This document shows, in pieces, positions 39,649 to 57,589 of a stretch of DNA of 64,000 nucleotides. The DNA is from the human T2T-CHM13v2.0 reference genome, Homo sapiens. The first letter of the stretch is position 1. Each line of letters opens with the position of its first letter. The stretch lies in assembly GCF_009914755.1 (NCBI RefSeq), contig NC_060931.1. One strand, given 5' to 3'. The position numbers and the translations under genes are program-made. The notes below the pieces were generated by a model that made no database searches, had not been told where the DNA came from, and was given only the letters and a program-made list of their open reading frames with translations.

Positions 39649-41570
39649 CTTTCCTAAAATTCATACACTTCAGAATGTGTCAAGTCCCGGGTGGTCCCTG
39701 GGGGCCCACCACGTCATTGGCTGGTGACATCAGGCCTCCCTCATGCCAGCTGTTCTAAGTTTGCTACTTAAAATTTCATTCAGAGGGAGGTCATGGCTAA
39801 ATAATATTTGAAAACCACAGCTCTAGAATATAAAGTCCAAATGTCCCAGGGGAAGTTGGAGGGCAGCACAGACTACCCTACCCTTCCAGAGTCGCGGCCC
39901 CCTGCCTTGCTCTGCAAACCCTGCCCTGAGCCCAGACAGCCTCCGCATTGGCCACCTCCTCCCTACTTCCTTGTACCACCCTCTGCGGTCTTCCCGGGCC
40001 TCGCTCCTGTAGCTCGGGCTCCCCTACCCACATCCCACACTCTGCATTTCAGGGCACCGCATTTCGTGATCTCGCCCTAGCTTGTCTGTGTTCAACGTTA
40101 TTGCTCACTGATGTGCCGCCTCCTCCTCACCCTGTATGCTTTCCACAGGCAGGGCCTTCAGTAACACCTCCCATCAACAAATTATCTGCCTGGCCCCAAA
40201 AGAGTACCAACAGGAAACAAGTACTCAATCTTTTCACTGCAGAGGATGGAATACTAATTCCATTTCTGAAAGGGGGTGGCATTTTACCTCATACCCATAA
40301 AAAATAGCCCTTCAGGTTTTATAATCCTTGAGGAAAAGGCTCAAGTGTGAAGGGGAAGAGGGCGGGAAATCTCATTTTACTTATAAAGGCACCCCTGAGT
40401 AATTTCCAGGATAACAAATATAGAAATTGATGGGGTCAACATGTATCAAAAATCACACCTTTGCTTGGAAGCTAAGTTTTCTTCCTAGAATGTGAGAAAT
40501 TGTGTATATTTTATTTTCAAGGTTCAACTTATTTTATTTTATTTTTTTTGCCAAACCACAGATACAAAGAACATGGAATTGCCATTTTTATTAACCAGGT
40601 TCTCTGGCTACTGTCACACCAGTAAACCGAACTGGGCACAGCAAGCACGGCAATTTCATTAACGCTGAAGCCAGAATGTTTCCGGGGCCAATTATTCTTT
40701 CCTGGAGATGTGTTTTCCAGGAGGTAAATGAACGCTGCTAGTTACTGTTTTGGGCTGTGGATGAGGTCAGGGTCTGAAAACCTGCCCCTGGGATCCCAGA
40801 ACTCCTGGGGCTCACCAACCCTGATGAAGGAACCCCGCGTGGACTCTGTGGCTGCCTAGCCACGGAGGCAGCCTGCACCCACCCCACATGGCTGTGCCTG
40901 CCCTCTGCTCCTCCAGCCTACTCCTTGGGTCTGTGCCGGGCAGGGAGAAGGGGGCAGCTTTGTTCATCACTGTCAACATGTACCAATCTGCAAACTTTAC
41001 AAAAAAGCCAACAAGAAAGCCCACTGGCACACACTAGTCACCCGCACTCAGTCCTCTTCCTTTTAAACATCCCACAGCTTTTCCTGACTTGCACATTCCT
41101 GTTTCAACTTAAGGCCTAGGATCCTCTTTTGTCGGAGGAGGAAGAAAGAGCTCTAAAATGCCAAAAGCAAACCCACCCATCTGAGATGAGCCTCCTGCCT
41201 GCCACCCCTCCCTCCACACCAGGAACTCCCTAGGCACTGTCAGAAGTTCATGGAGGGCAGAACACAGAGAAAGACAGCCTGGGCGCAGGCCCACCTCCCC
41301 TGGGGTCTCGGGACTGCGTGTGTCTGACAGTACAGGCAGGGGCCAGGCTGACATCTCCCTGTGGAGCAGAGGGAAACCCAGTGTTCCCAAGGTTTTCTGG
41401 TCTCCCTTTTCAGATCATTCTAGACCCCCAAGAGGGAGAAAAAAGAAAAGATCCTCTGCTCTGTGCTATTTAGAAAATCTTGCCCACTGTATTTACCTGT
41501 GTCTTTGAATGAATCGTGTGAGGCTGAAATACACATCTTGTGCTGATGTCATTAAGACTAAGCCCAAGTA

Positions 41571-41610
41571 TTAGGGTTGGTGCAAAAGTAATCGAGATTT
41601 TTGACATTTT
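41571..41610 (+). mobile_element. Half MADE1/Hsmar1 inverted terminal repeat
   Basis: TTAGGGTTGGTGCAAAAGTAATCGAGATTTTTGACATT versus MADE1 TTAGGTTGGTGCAAAAGTAATTGCGGTTTTTGCCATT. Confidence 0.75.
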
Positions 41611-42731
41611 TTTTTAAATCCTGGGTGGTCCCTGAGGGAGACCACCAGGGGCCCCGGCTGGCAGTTAAGTAGTGCTTTGGGACCATCCATATCCACTCTC
41701 ACTACCTAGCTGCTCTGCCCAGTAGGAGTCAAAGTTACTTGCAAGCAGACGGATGGGAAGATTGGAGGAAGGTCGGAAATAATGCACTGGGGAACTTAAT
41801 CAACTCTTCCAGGTAGGAATCACAGCTAGGAGAGGAAGGGAAACTAATTGGCTCGGTGCACAGCATAAGACTGACGTTTGCAGCGAAGAGGCCTAAAACA
41901 TGACCACATAGACAACTCCTTTACAGGGTGAATTTTACAAAAAACAAAGACGTCTTCTTACCTATGGTCGGCCTCAAGTGGGCTCTCAACATTACAATGT
42001 GACAGAGCTCTCATGATTAAGTGGGAGCTGACTAGTCACCATGGGACACAGCATTCCTAAGAGGCAACTTCTTTCTTGACCCTTTTAAAAAAATGAATTT
42101 TGGCGAGACATGGTGGATCACGCCTATAATCCCAGCACTTTGGGAGGCCAAAGAGGGTGGATCATCTGAGGTCAGGAGTTTGAGACCAGCCTGGCCAACA
42201 TGGCAAAACCCCGTCTTTACTAAAAGTACAAAAATTAGCTGGGCATGTTGGTGCATGCCTGTAATCTTAGCTACTTGAGAGGCTGAGGCAGGAGAATTGC
42301 TTGAACCCAGGAAGCAGAGGATGCAGTGAGCCGAGATCACACCATTGCACCCCAGCCTGCGTGACAAAGCGAGACTAACAACAACAAAAAAGAATCCCAT
42401 TATCTTTTTAAAGAATAAACAAAATGATAGGACATTCCCTATGTAATTAAGGACTCTCAAGGCCCCTACCTTTCCATTCCTCCCCAGCTCACAGACAAGC
42501 CAGGATTGATTCCTCTGCAATTTGGGAAGGTGCTAGCTCTAGCCTTCTATCTACCAGAAACCCACACATCCCTGCAAGCAAAACAGTCCACATTTTAGTG
42601 GGGGAACACTTTTCACTGGGCTTCATTTTTAAAGGTGGACATTCTAGGATAGAAAATACATCCAGGGCCGGGCATGGTGGCTCATGCCTGTAATCCACGT
42701 GCTCCTCTGGGAGGCTGAGACGGGCAGATCA

Positions 42732-42948
<217 letters not shown>

Positions 42949-43201
42949 TTAAAAAAAAAAAAAAAAAAAAGGCCAGGTGTGATGGCTCACGCCTGTAACC
43001 CCAACACTCTGGGAGGCCGAGGCAAGCGGATCTCCTGAGGTCGGGAGTTCGAGACCAGCCTGACCAACATGGAGAAACCCCATCTCTACTAAAAATACAA
43101 AATTAGCTGGGCGTGGTGACACATGCCTGTAATCCCAGCTACTCGAGAGATGACGCCATTGCACTCCAGCCTGGACAACAAGAGTGAAACTCCATCTCAA
43201 A

Positions 43202-43235
<34 letters not shown>

Positions 43236-44609
43236 TGTCCAGAGCCTTTCAGCACCCTCTGAAAAGATGCAACCTTCCTCAGCATGAGACAAATGAATTC
43301 CCAAGTTCATCTCCACATTGCTCAGCCCACATGCTAAGGCCTCTCCTGAAGTGGGGGACCCTCACCTGAGCAGGTTGCCTCAATCCCTGTCCACTCCCAC
43401 GGGGCACACCTGATGACAACACTGGGTCCTGCTCAGACACAGGCAGCTCCTTTTAGGATGTCCTCACTCTCCGTCCTCAGCTGATCACTCTCATCTCCCC
43501 CAGAGAAGTGCCTGAAACAGCTGCATAAACTCTACCATTCAGCCAATACTGAAGAGTTTGTATTAAACACAGAAACAAGAACTGTTATCAGCTACGGTAA
43601 CCATGATAGCTGGTATTTATTGTATGTACCAGGCACTGTGCTGGGCTCTTAAACACACCACTTCACCCCTTAAGGGAGACTGTATTACACGTTATATTGT
43701 ATCTTACAGATGAAGAAACTGAGATGCAGGAACTTGAGTCACCTGTCCAAAGATCACAAAGCTACTTAGCGGAGGGTCCTGACCACTTAACTGCTATGCT
43801 GTATTGTCACATTAGATTTTCTTCCCAATACGCCCAAAGTTTTTGGTGGAATCATTTAGAGTTTCCACATTTTTATGGCTCCGAAAATAATTATGTCTCA
43901 GGAATGAAAAGAGGAGGAGAGTTTAACAGTTCCTTAGCACGAAAAATAGGTGAATTTCTACTTACTTTTAAATCTAAACAAACCAATACCACATAAAAGC
44001 AGGCAACAAACAGGATCAGAATATTTTCCTTTCCTGTTTTAGCATGAAGGATGTGTAGAGTGCAGGCACCTTCTGAGACACGGAAAGCCCTGCAACCGGA
44101 GGCTTAAACCATCAGAGCTTAGGGTGTATTTAGTAACCATGTTGGGGGAAGGAGGGCATTTAAGTACCTAGACACCACTGTGCTGTCTAAATCTAAAATG
44201 TAACAGAAGCAAAAAGAAAAAAAAAAGCCTCGAGACTTGAAACACTTGAGGGGTGAGGTAGTGCAGACTTGAAATAAATCTGTTGGACAAGTTATCAGTG
44301 AATCTATGACAGGTTTTGACAGTGAATGGCCGAGGGATGCCCTCAGGGATGAGAAAGGGTCAAGGTAAGCCCACACCGTGGCTCACGCCAGTAATCCCAA
44401 ACACTGGGAGTTTAAGGATGGAGGATTGCTTGAGGCCAGCCTGGGCAACATAGTGAGACCCCATCTCTACCAAAAAAAGAAAAAAAATAGCCAGGCTGGG
44501 CACGGTGGCTCACTCCTGTAATCTCAGCACTTTGGGAGGCCAAGTCAGGCGGATCACGGGGTCAGGAGATCGAGACCATCCCGGTTAACACGGTGAAACC
44601 CCGTCTCTA

Positions 44610-44798
<189 letters not shown>

Positions 44799-46445
44799 CT
44801 ACAGTCCCAGCTCCTCGGGAGGCTGAGGCAGGAGGATCCCATGAGCCCAGGAGTTTGAGGCTTAAGTAAGCCATGATCAGGACAGTGCACTCAAGCCTGG
44901 GCAACAGTGCGTAACCTTATCTAGGAAAAAAAAAAAAAAAAACGGAGCTAGAAGTCCCAGGAGGCCTGCCCTTGGCCATGATGACCCCTGGGATTCCTAG
45001 GCTCACCCCAGGAGCAACTGCTTCCCAGGGACTCTTCTGTGTTAAAGACCTCTGACCGGAAGGATAAACTTGCTGGTCCTAACAGCTCCTAAAGCCACTC
45101 TCCCAGGCCTCTCAAGAATCCCCCCAAAAACAGAATCACTGGATCAAAACCAAGACAGTGCTATATGCTTTTCCGCTATGTTCCAAAAAGCATCTTCCAC
45201 CCACACTGGTCCTCAACTTTCACTGTGCCTCCCGAAGTTAATTCTATGTCTCAAGGGAAAACTGACTTAAAACGCAGATTCCGGGGCCCACCCCTGCATT
45301 CTGCTTCAGTGTATTTTGGGTATCTGTATTTAAATAAACACTATTTAAACAAACATGATTTGGGTAAAGGTCTCAAGACACAATTTGTAAGCAGTCCCGC
45401 TATCGGATTCCTTTCGGCAGGTGTTTTTCTCGCCGAGTGTGGGTTTTTACTTCCTTTTCTATTTGGGCAAAGACTCTTTTTGAATCAGTGACCCACGCAG
45501 AAGTTACTCAATCTGTTTGAAAGAGTATAAAGTTCACGATTTCCCTACACACTAACATTATCAAAGAGTGTATATTTATATTAGAACAAACTCAGAAGGT
45601 TAAAAAGCTAGTGATTAAAAGTAAGGGCAGAGAGGAAGAAGGTAAAGACCAGTACCTGGATGCCTTATTCTCTAGGAATAACAACTTTTCCTTAATTAGC
45701 ACTTCCTAATCTTCAGAGTTCTTATGTCTGCAGCTAGCTCACTTCGAAGAAAAATGCAGGGACCATGAAGTAGTTGTTACTATTCCTACTGGAGTACGCG
45801 CTTCATGGGCAGGGACCACACTCACAATCTTTTCCTCCCAGAACCCAGTACAGGGACTGGCACACAGTAAATGCTAAATGCAGAAGGAATGGTATCTCTA
45901 GTTTCTCAAAGGTGCAAACCAAGCCATCCCTTTCTCCAGAATCTATGGATTAATCATTTCCAAATCTACAGACCACATTTTGAAAAGGAATGCTTGCTGT
46001 TCCAAAGAACTCGCACTTGTTTCTTCACGCCCTCGCCCCTTCTCTCCAGTGGCTCTCCCTCTCCCTTCCCACTGCCTGGGCGCGTTCGCCTGGAGTTAGC
46101 CTGGACCTGACGAAAATCTGTAAATTAAGGCGAAGGACCCAGCTGCAAAAAAGGCGCTCTGCAGCCCTCTCCCAGCCTCGGGTGACAGGGGTCTTCCAGG
46201 GCGTCGGAGCCCAAGAGACCCCGGCCACCTTCCTCTCCCGGGAACCCCAAATCGATCCTGCCACTGCCACAGCCACCGCCCCCGCCCCTTCAACTCCGCC
46301 AAGTTTACCCCGGGCTCGGCGCCCATCACTAGTTCTGGAGCTGACCGCGCGGAAGCCCGCCCGCCGGGGTCGCAGGGCCCAGGCCCCCGCACAGCTCTGC
46401 AGCCCCCGCAAGCACAGCCCGACCCGCGGCGCGCTTGCCGCTCAC

Positions 46446-46533
46446 CCTCGTCCGGGCCCTCGGCACCCGCCACGGCCAGCAGCTGCACCAGCCCCAAGAG
46501 CAGCAGGAGCAGGAAGGCTTTCCGGGGCCTCAT
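46446..46533 (-). CDS. PDIA4: PDIA4 exon 1 coding part (signal peptide MRPRKAFLLLLLLGLVQLLAVAGAEGPDE)
   Basis: GCTACCATG Kozak context, hydrophobic signal peptide, donor G|GTGAG; 88 nt, phase 1. Confidence 0.97.
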
Positions 46534-46832
46534 GGTAGCGGGGGCGGAGCGCGGCCTCCTAGCGTCGGCGGCCGCTGAGCGCACCGAGAACTCGGGGTCT
46601 GGCCGACAGCCCGTCGCTCCTTAGCGACGCGGGGGAGCCGGAAAAACCCACGGAAGTCGTCCCCGGCGATTGGCAGGGGGCGGAGGAAGTCGCGGGCCGG
46701 CCAATCCCAGACTGACGCCGGCACGGACCGCGCGCGCCTCGGCCGCTACGAGTCGGCTCCGCCGCCCTAGGCCCTCCCTACTTCTGCGCGCGGCCCTCGG
46801 CTGCGCGTTTAAAACTCCGAGCCCTAACGTGA

Positions 46833-46884
46833 GGTGCCCCCTTCTGATTGGCTGCGCCACAACCACCAATCAGCGGCTGCCACT
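46833..46884. promoter_or_regulatory. Two ERSE-like elements (NF-Y plus ATF6/XBP1)
   Basis: + strand CCAAT-cagcggctg-CCACT 46866-46884 (consensus CCAAT-N9-CCACG, one mismatch); - strand CCAAT-cagaagggg-GCACC 46851-46833. PDIA4 is an established ATF6 target. Confidence 0.75.
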
Positions 46885-47905
46885 CGGTTTGCCGGGAGCG
46901 CACAGGCCAAGAGGGAGAGCGGGGGAGAACAAAGGCGGCGGGCCGGGCACGGGGAGTGCGGGACCTGGCTACGCCTCGGGGCGCTATTGGCAATCGGTGC
47001 CGGGGGCGGGGCAGGAGAGGCGGAGCCTGGGAAATGTGGAGCGGGGCGGGGCTCGGCTCAGCATCCTGCGGCCGAACTTGGCAGTAAGAACACGTGTCGG
47101 TACCGGAGCGGTGGGGAGCAGTGGCGAGCAGGGCGGTCCTCGCAACCCGCCGGGGCTCTGGGAAGCTGGAGACCAACGCGGGCGGAGGAGCACGAGCCTG
47201 TTTGTTGCTAGAAAGGGGCTCCAAGTCCGCTGCATGTTCGTGGCCTTCTTAATTTCTTTTTCTGCTCGAGCAAATAAAAGTTTCATTTCTCTCCGGAGTA
47301 TTGAGCTAGAGAGCGGGGAAGAGCATGCAGTAAAGTGAATCCAGACTAGAATCTGGGGAAGCCTCTCTCCAAGGTTGCATCTCGGAGAAACAAGCCATCA
47401 GATTCTTGTCTAAACTTTGCCTCGTCTTATTTAGTTTTCTAGTGATTTTCTGCAAAAGGAAATACCAGATAGGCAATCTAGTGGTTTACATAGATCTGAA
47501 TAAAAGCTTGAGGTTTTCCCTCTTGACCACTTTGGAGAAGAAAACTAGGTTAAGATGACGATTTTTGTATGTCAGAAAAGAAGCCTGTAATGTGCATTAA
47601 GTTTGAGACTTTTTTTTAACACCTGGGAGTTTGAGAAGGCAAATAGGGAAAAGAAAAAAAATAGAAACTCAAGTTCAGGAATATTTTCTCGTGTGTGCAG
47701 ATTATTACGTGAGGAAGAAAAAAGGGATAACTCACAGACCTTAGCAATTAAAAATACTTAATTTTTTTGTTGAATGCCTATTAATCTGATGGTTCCTGGT
47801 CAATTTTGTAGGGCAGAACATTATGCAACTGTACACACTGATTTATTAGAGTGCTATGAATGTGGGCCACCAGACAGTTCGGTATCATGTTATTTTATTT
47901 TTTGA

Positions 47906-48127
<222 letters not shown>

Positions 48128-48798
48128 TGATCCACCCACCTCGGCCTCCCAAAGTGCTGGGATTACAGGTGTGAGCCACCGTGCCCAGCCTTAATATCAT
48201 GTTAAAGATAGACCTGTTCTTCAAAAAGACAAGTCAGAGTTCTCATCTTTCTTCTTGTTTCCTATGACACTGTTAAACTGAGAGGAATGAGGACCCCATT
48301 TGCTCAGTGGTGGGAGAAACACAATTTCACTGGCCTTTTGTTGATACAAAGATAGGAAGAAGGCTCTTGAAGTGCTGTCTGTATATGTGTATAAACACAC
48401 ATATATCTTGTGACATTAAAGTAACAATGTTCTTTTTGAAAGCATTTAGGGTATAGCTATAGAAGTTCATTCAACAAAACAGAACTTTATCAAGTTGGAA
48501 AGCTCCTTTCTCTTTATCCCTAAATTTTTCACTCAATTTTGTTATGGGTACAAACAGCACTGTGTTGAGGGTCAGAATGGAGAGAGATGAGAAATGATAC
48601 TTCCATGACTATATCCAAGATCTCCACAGTTGGTTGTTGTAAGCGTAGAGAGGCTGTCTGTCAAATCATAGATATGAGGCCGGGCACAGTGGCTCACTCC
48701 TGTAATCCCAGCACTTTGGGAGACTGAGGCAGGCGGATCATGAGAGGTGGGGAGTTCCAGATCAGCCTGGCCAACGTGGTGAAATCCTGTCTCTACTA

Positions 48799-48975
<177 letters not shown>

Positions 48976-49345
48976 TCATAGAAACGGACCCTAGTTTGGA
49001 AATTCATTCATGTAAATGAACTTCTCCCTGGTTTATCCCCAGAGCTGTGATTTAACACTATTATGCTGGGTTTACAGACCAATTTGAACATGCATTTTCC
49101 TCTGCTTCTGCATAGACTTACTAGAGAAGAGATCACACCACTGCATTCAGCCTGGGTGACAAAGCGAGACCTTATCTCAAAAAAAAAAAAAAAAATCAAA
49201 GATCAATCAACTATAAATTTAATCTCTGTAATAGATATAGGGCTATTCAGGTTATTTCTTCTTCAGTGAGTTTCAGTAGTTGGTGGGAATTTGTCCATTT
49301 CATATAAGTTGTCAAATTTATTGACATACAGTTTTTGGTGATATT

Positions 49346-49727
49346 TGCTATGGTCTGAATATCTCCCAAAATTTGTATGTTGAAACGTAATTGCCAATGT
49401 GGTAGTAATAAGAGATGGGGCTTTTAGGAGGTGATAAAGTCACGAGGGTAGAGCCGTTATGGATGGAACTGGGGCCCTTACAAAGGGTTTGAGGGAATGG
49501 GTTCATTCTCATCACCATGTGAGCACACAGCGTTCATCCCCCATGCCCTTCCATGTTCCGCCTTCTACCATGTGGAGATGTATTAATGACAAGAAGGACC
49601 TCACCAGACACTGAATGCCAGCACCTTGATCTTGGACTTCCCAGTCTCCAGAACTGTAAGAAATAAATTTCTGTTCTTTGTAAATAACCCAGTCTATTTT
49701 GTTATAGCAGCAAGAATGTGCTAAGAG
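49346..49727 (+). mobile_element. MaLR LTR (MST/MLT1A-like) inside an old antisense L1M fragment (about 49210-50090)
   Basis: TGCTATGGTCTGAAT...CCAGAACTGTAAGAAATAAATTTCTGTTC...TTTGTTATAGCAGCA hallmark motifs. Confidence 0.75.
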
Positions 49728-50843
49728 AATATTCTTCTCTCATGCTTTAAATAACTTTAGAGTCTGTAGTGAGGTCACCTCTCATTACTGATACTGATAA
49801 TTTTTGTCTTCTCTCTTTTTTAATGATGAGTCAGGCTAATGGTTTATAAATTATATTGGTCTTCTCAAAGAACCAGCTTTTGGTTTCACTGATTTTCCTT
49901 ATTGTTTTCTATTTTCTATTTCATTGGTTTCCATTTTAATTTATATTATCTTTCTTCTGCTTATTTTAGGTTGTATTTACTCTTTTCTTTATAGTTTCTT
50001 AAAGTGAAAGTTGACATCATTGATTCGTGATCTTTCTTCTCCTTTAATATGGGCATTTTGTGCTATAAAATTATTCCTAATTACTGCTTCAGACCTTAAA
50101 TTAGGCAGGTGGAGATGGTGGCTATAGGGGAGTCTGTGTAAAGAATTAGAATGAGGAGAATTTGAAGAAAAGCAGGTTATTTGGCAAGCTGACATATAGT
50201 GAAAGGAGGTGCAGCACGGGATAATAAAGATGGAGAAAGAAGGAGCCAGGCGATAAAAGGTTTAGCTTGAGGGCAGTAAAATATCAGTGAAGTAGGTGAG
50301 TGTGGCATGATAATATTTGCATTTTATAAAGATCACTCTGGGGGCCATGTGGGAGCAGATGTGACTAGAGTCAGAAAGACCAAATAGAAGGTGGTCTCAC
50401 ACTAATCTTTTCTTTTTTTTTTTTTTTTTGAGACGTTGTCTCACTCTGTTATCCAGGCTGGAGTGCAGTGACACCGTGTTGGCTCGCTGCAACCTCTGTT
50501 TCCTGGGTTCAAGCAATTCTCCTACCTTAGCCTCCCAAGTAGCTGGGATTACAGGCGCCCACCACCACACTCAGCTAATTTTTTTATATTTTTAGTAGAG
50601 ATGGGGTTTTACCATGTTGGCCAGGCTGGTCTCAAATTCCTGACCTCAGGTGATCCACCCGCCTCGGGCTCCCAAAGTACTGGGATTAGAGGTGTGAGCC
50701 ACCGCGCCTGGCCTGTTCTCACAGTAATCTTGATGACAGATGGTGGTTATAGTTGGGGGTAAAGAAAAGTAGGTAGCCTAGGCCGGGTGCAGTGGCTCAC
50801 GCCTGTAATCCCAGCACTTTGGGAGGCCAAGGCGGGTGGATCA

Positions 50844-51116
<273 letters not shown>

Positions 51117-51177
51117 TTACGGTGCCCTTTTTAAAACTACAGAAGTATTTAGGTGAATTACATTAAATTGTCATCAC

Positions 51178-51292
51178 GTGCTGTCTTTGGCAGCAATATA
51201 CTAAGAATAAATAAATAATTGGAACGATACAGAGAAGATTAGCATGGCTCCTGGGCAACGATGACACAAATTTGGGAAGTGTTTCATGTTTT
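51178..51292 (+). pseudogene. U6 snRNA retropseudogene
   Basis: Near full-length degenerate U6 with the core TTGGAACGATACAGAGAAGATTAGCATGG intact and an AAT-rich insertion of about 12 nt. No PSE/TATA. Flanking direct repeats TAAATTGTCATCA (51164-51176) and TAAATTCTCATCA (51308-51320). Confidence 0.92.
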
Positions 51293-51887
51293 AACATAAA
51301 CCAATCATAAATTCTCATCAAAGCTGACTTCATTGCTATTGTACAAGAAGCCTTATAGAAAGATACATATTCTGTTTTTTTTTTTTTTTTTTTTTTTGAG
51401 ACGGTGTATCACTCTGTCGTCCAGGCTGGAGTGCAGTGGCATAATCTCAGCTCACTGAAACCTCCGCCTCTCAGGTTCAAGTGATTCTCCTGCCTCAGAC
51501 TCCCGAGTAGCTGGGATTACAGGCATGTGCCACCATGCCCAGCCAATTTTTGTATTTTTAGTAGAGATGGGGTTTTACCATGTTGACCAGGCTGGTCTTG
51601 AACTCCAGACCTCAGGTGATCTGCCCGCCTCGGCCTCCCAAAGTGCTGGGATTACAGGCGTGAGCCACTACACCCAGAAGAAAAGGCTGTTGTCCTCCCA
51701 CAAATCAGACTTCTATATACTGCTAAATTCAGGAGAAAAACTATGCAATGAGGACGGGAAAAGGAATCATATCAGAGTTCGAACTTGTCTAGTATAAGAT
51801 TAGACAATACGTGACATATTGTGTCCTAGTTTAGGACATTATAGTTTTATTTAGAAATCCAGAGAATTGGCCAGGCGCGGTGGCTCA

Positions 51888-52613
<726 letters not shown>

Positions 52614-52696
52614 TGAACGCCTGCGCCTGACCTCCTGATCCACCTGCCTCGGCCTCTCAAAGTACTGGGATTACAGGCATAAGCCACTGCGCCTAA

Positions 52697-53213
<517 letters not shown>

Positions 53214-53861
53214 TAATTTAAAGAGTCTTTAGAAATCTCATGAAATCAGTGACTAAACCAATGTCTTTTAGTCTTAGACAAGGGGAGATAACTATGTCCT
53301 CTCAAAGGTTATTCTTTCCCAAGGTATAATTAGAAATTTAGTAATGTGTATAAAAGTCTTGGTTTATTTACTCCCTGGAAAATGAAGGCAGAAACAAAAC
53401 CAATATAATGCATTGCAGGCTCTTCTTTTATGATGTGACATACTTCAACACATTACCAAATGTTTTTACTTCTCAGAAATCAGCCTTAGATACCCCAAAT
53501 GTTTAAGAACAAAAATAAAACAAAACAAAAACACAACCTGTCTCTATGCCTCTAAATGTAGGTTAGAATTTTTGCCAGGATACTGGGGCAATTTTGAAAG
53601 CCTGAATAGTTGAATCCTCTTCCATAGATATTAATTCCCAACCTATTTGAAATAGAAAAGTTCATGGATAAAACTAAGAAAATGGCCAGGCGCAGTGGCT
53701 CACACCTGTAATCCCAGCACTTTCGGAGGCCAAGGCAGGCAGATCACCTGAGGTCAGGAGTTCAAGACCAGCAAGGCCACCATGGTGAAATCCTGTCTCT
53801 ACTAATAATACAAAAAAATTAGCCAGGCGTAGTGGCATATGCCTGTAATCCCAGATACTCA

Positions 53862-53966
<105 letters not shown>

Positions 53967-53967
53967 T

Positions 53968-54004
<37 letters not shown>

Positions 54005-54014
54005 CCTAAGAAAA

Positions 54015-54370
54015 TAAGTGTACAGCCATAAAAAAGAACAAAATCATGTCCTTTGCAGCACCATGAATACGGCTGGAGAGTGATATATCCTAAGTGAATT
54101 TCTGCAGAAACAGAAAACCAAATACTGCATGTTCTCACTTGTAAGTGGTAAACATTTGGTACACATGGACACAAAAATGGCAATGGTAAATACTGGGGAT
54201 CCCAAAAGGGGGAGGCAGTGAAGGGGCCAAGGGTTGAAAAAGTACCTTATTGGGTACTATGTTCTCTACTCAGGTGATGGGATCATTAGAAGCCGAAATC
54301 TCAGCATCACGCAATCTACCCGTGTGACAAACCTGCACATGTACCCCCTCAACAATCTAAAATTAACAAA
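54015..54370 (+). mobile_element. L1 (old L1PA/L1PB-type) 3' end fragment
   Basis: CAGCCATAAAAAAGAACAAAATCATGTCCTTTGCAGCA...AAACCTGCACATGTACCCCCT. Confidence 0.8.
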
Positions 54371-54523
54371 GAAGAAGTATACTCACCTAAATTGGTACCA
54401 CCCCTGCTCTGTAACACAGTGTTCCCTAAGAAGAAATCCTCCTAGCACTGGGCCTGGCCAAATTGACAAGACACCAAGTTTGATTTGGGAAGACATACAT
54501 AGAGATGCAGTTTGCTTCTTCTA

Positions 54524-55259
<736 letters not shown>

Positions 55260-55496
55260 AAAGTGTATCTCTGCCTCTCATGCTAGACCAGTCGTCACCA
55301 GCCTGTTCACCCACTTGGCCCTTGATCATCCTCACCTCCATGTGTTAACCTCACTGTGCTCCACCTCAAAATGCCTGCACTCACTTTCCTGCAATGATCT
55401 ACCCAAGTTTCACCTTTTCCTGAAGACTTAGCCAGTTATTCCAGCCCACATTAAACTCTTTCATGCTTGGCATTTCATTATTTGCTTTTTTTTTGA

Positions 55497-55628
<132 letters not shown>

Positions 55629-55631
55629 TGA

Positions 55632-57557
<1,926 letters not shown>

Positions 57558-57589
57558 TGAGTGAGTTTTGAAATACTGTTGCCATTTTC

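Larger units (their letters stand above)
46000..47250. promoter_or_regulatory. PDIA4 CpG-island promoter
   Basis: High CpG density around exon 1, GC boxes, ETS-like CGGAAGT (46651-46657), TATA-like TTTTAAA on the - strand near 46810, and at least five CCAAT/ATTGG motifs. Confidence 0.9.

Noticed and set aside
39947-39956. ATTGGCCACC as an ERSE-II element
   Set aside because: Lacks the 1-nt spacer and terminal G of ATTGG-N-CCACG.
46670-47338. 222-aa + strand ORF opposite the PDIA4 promoter
   Set aside because: Non-ATG start and low-complexity Arg/Gly/Ala/Pro composition expected in stop-poor CpG-island DNA; no recognisable domain.
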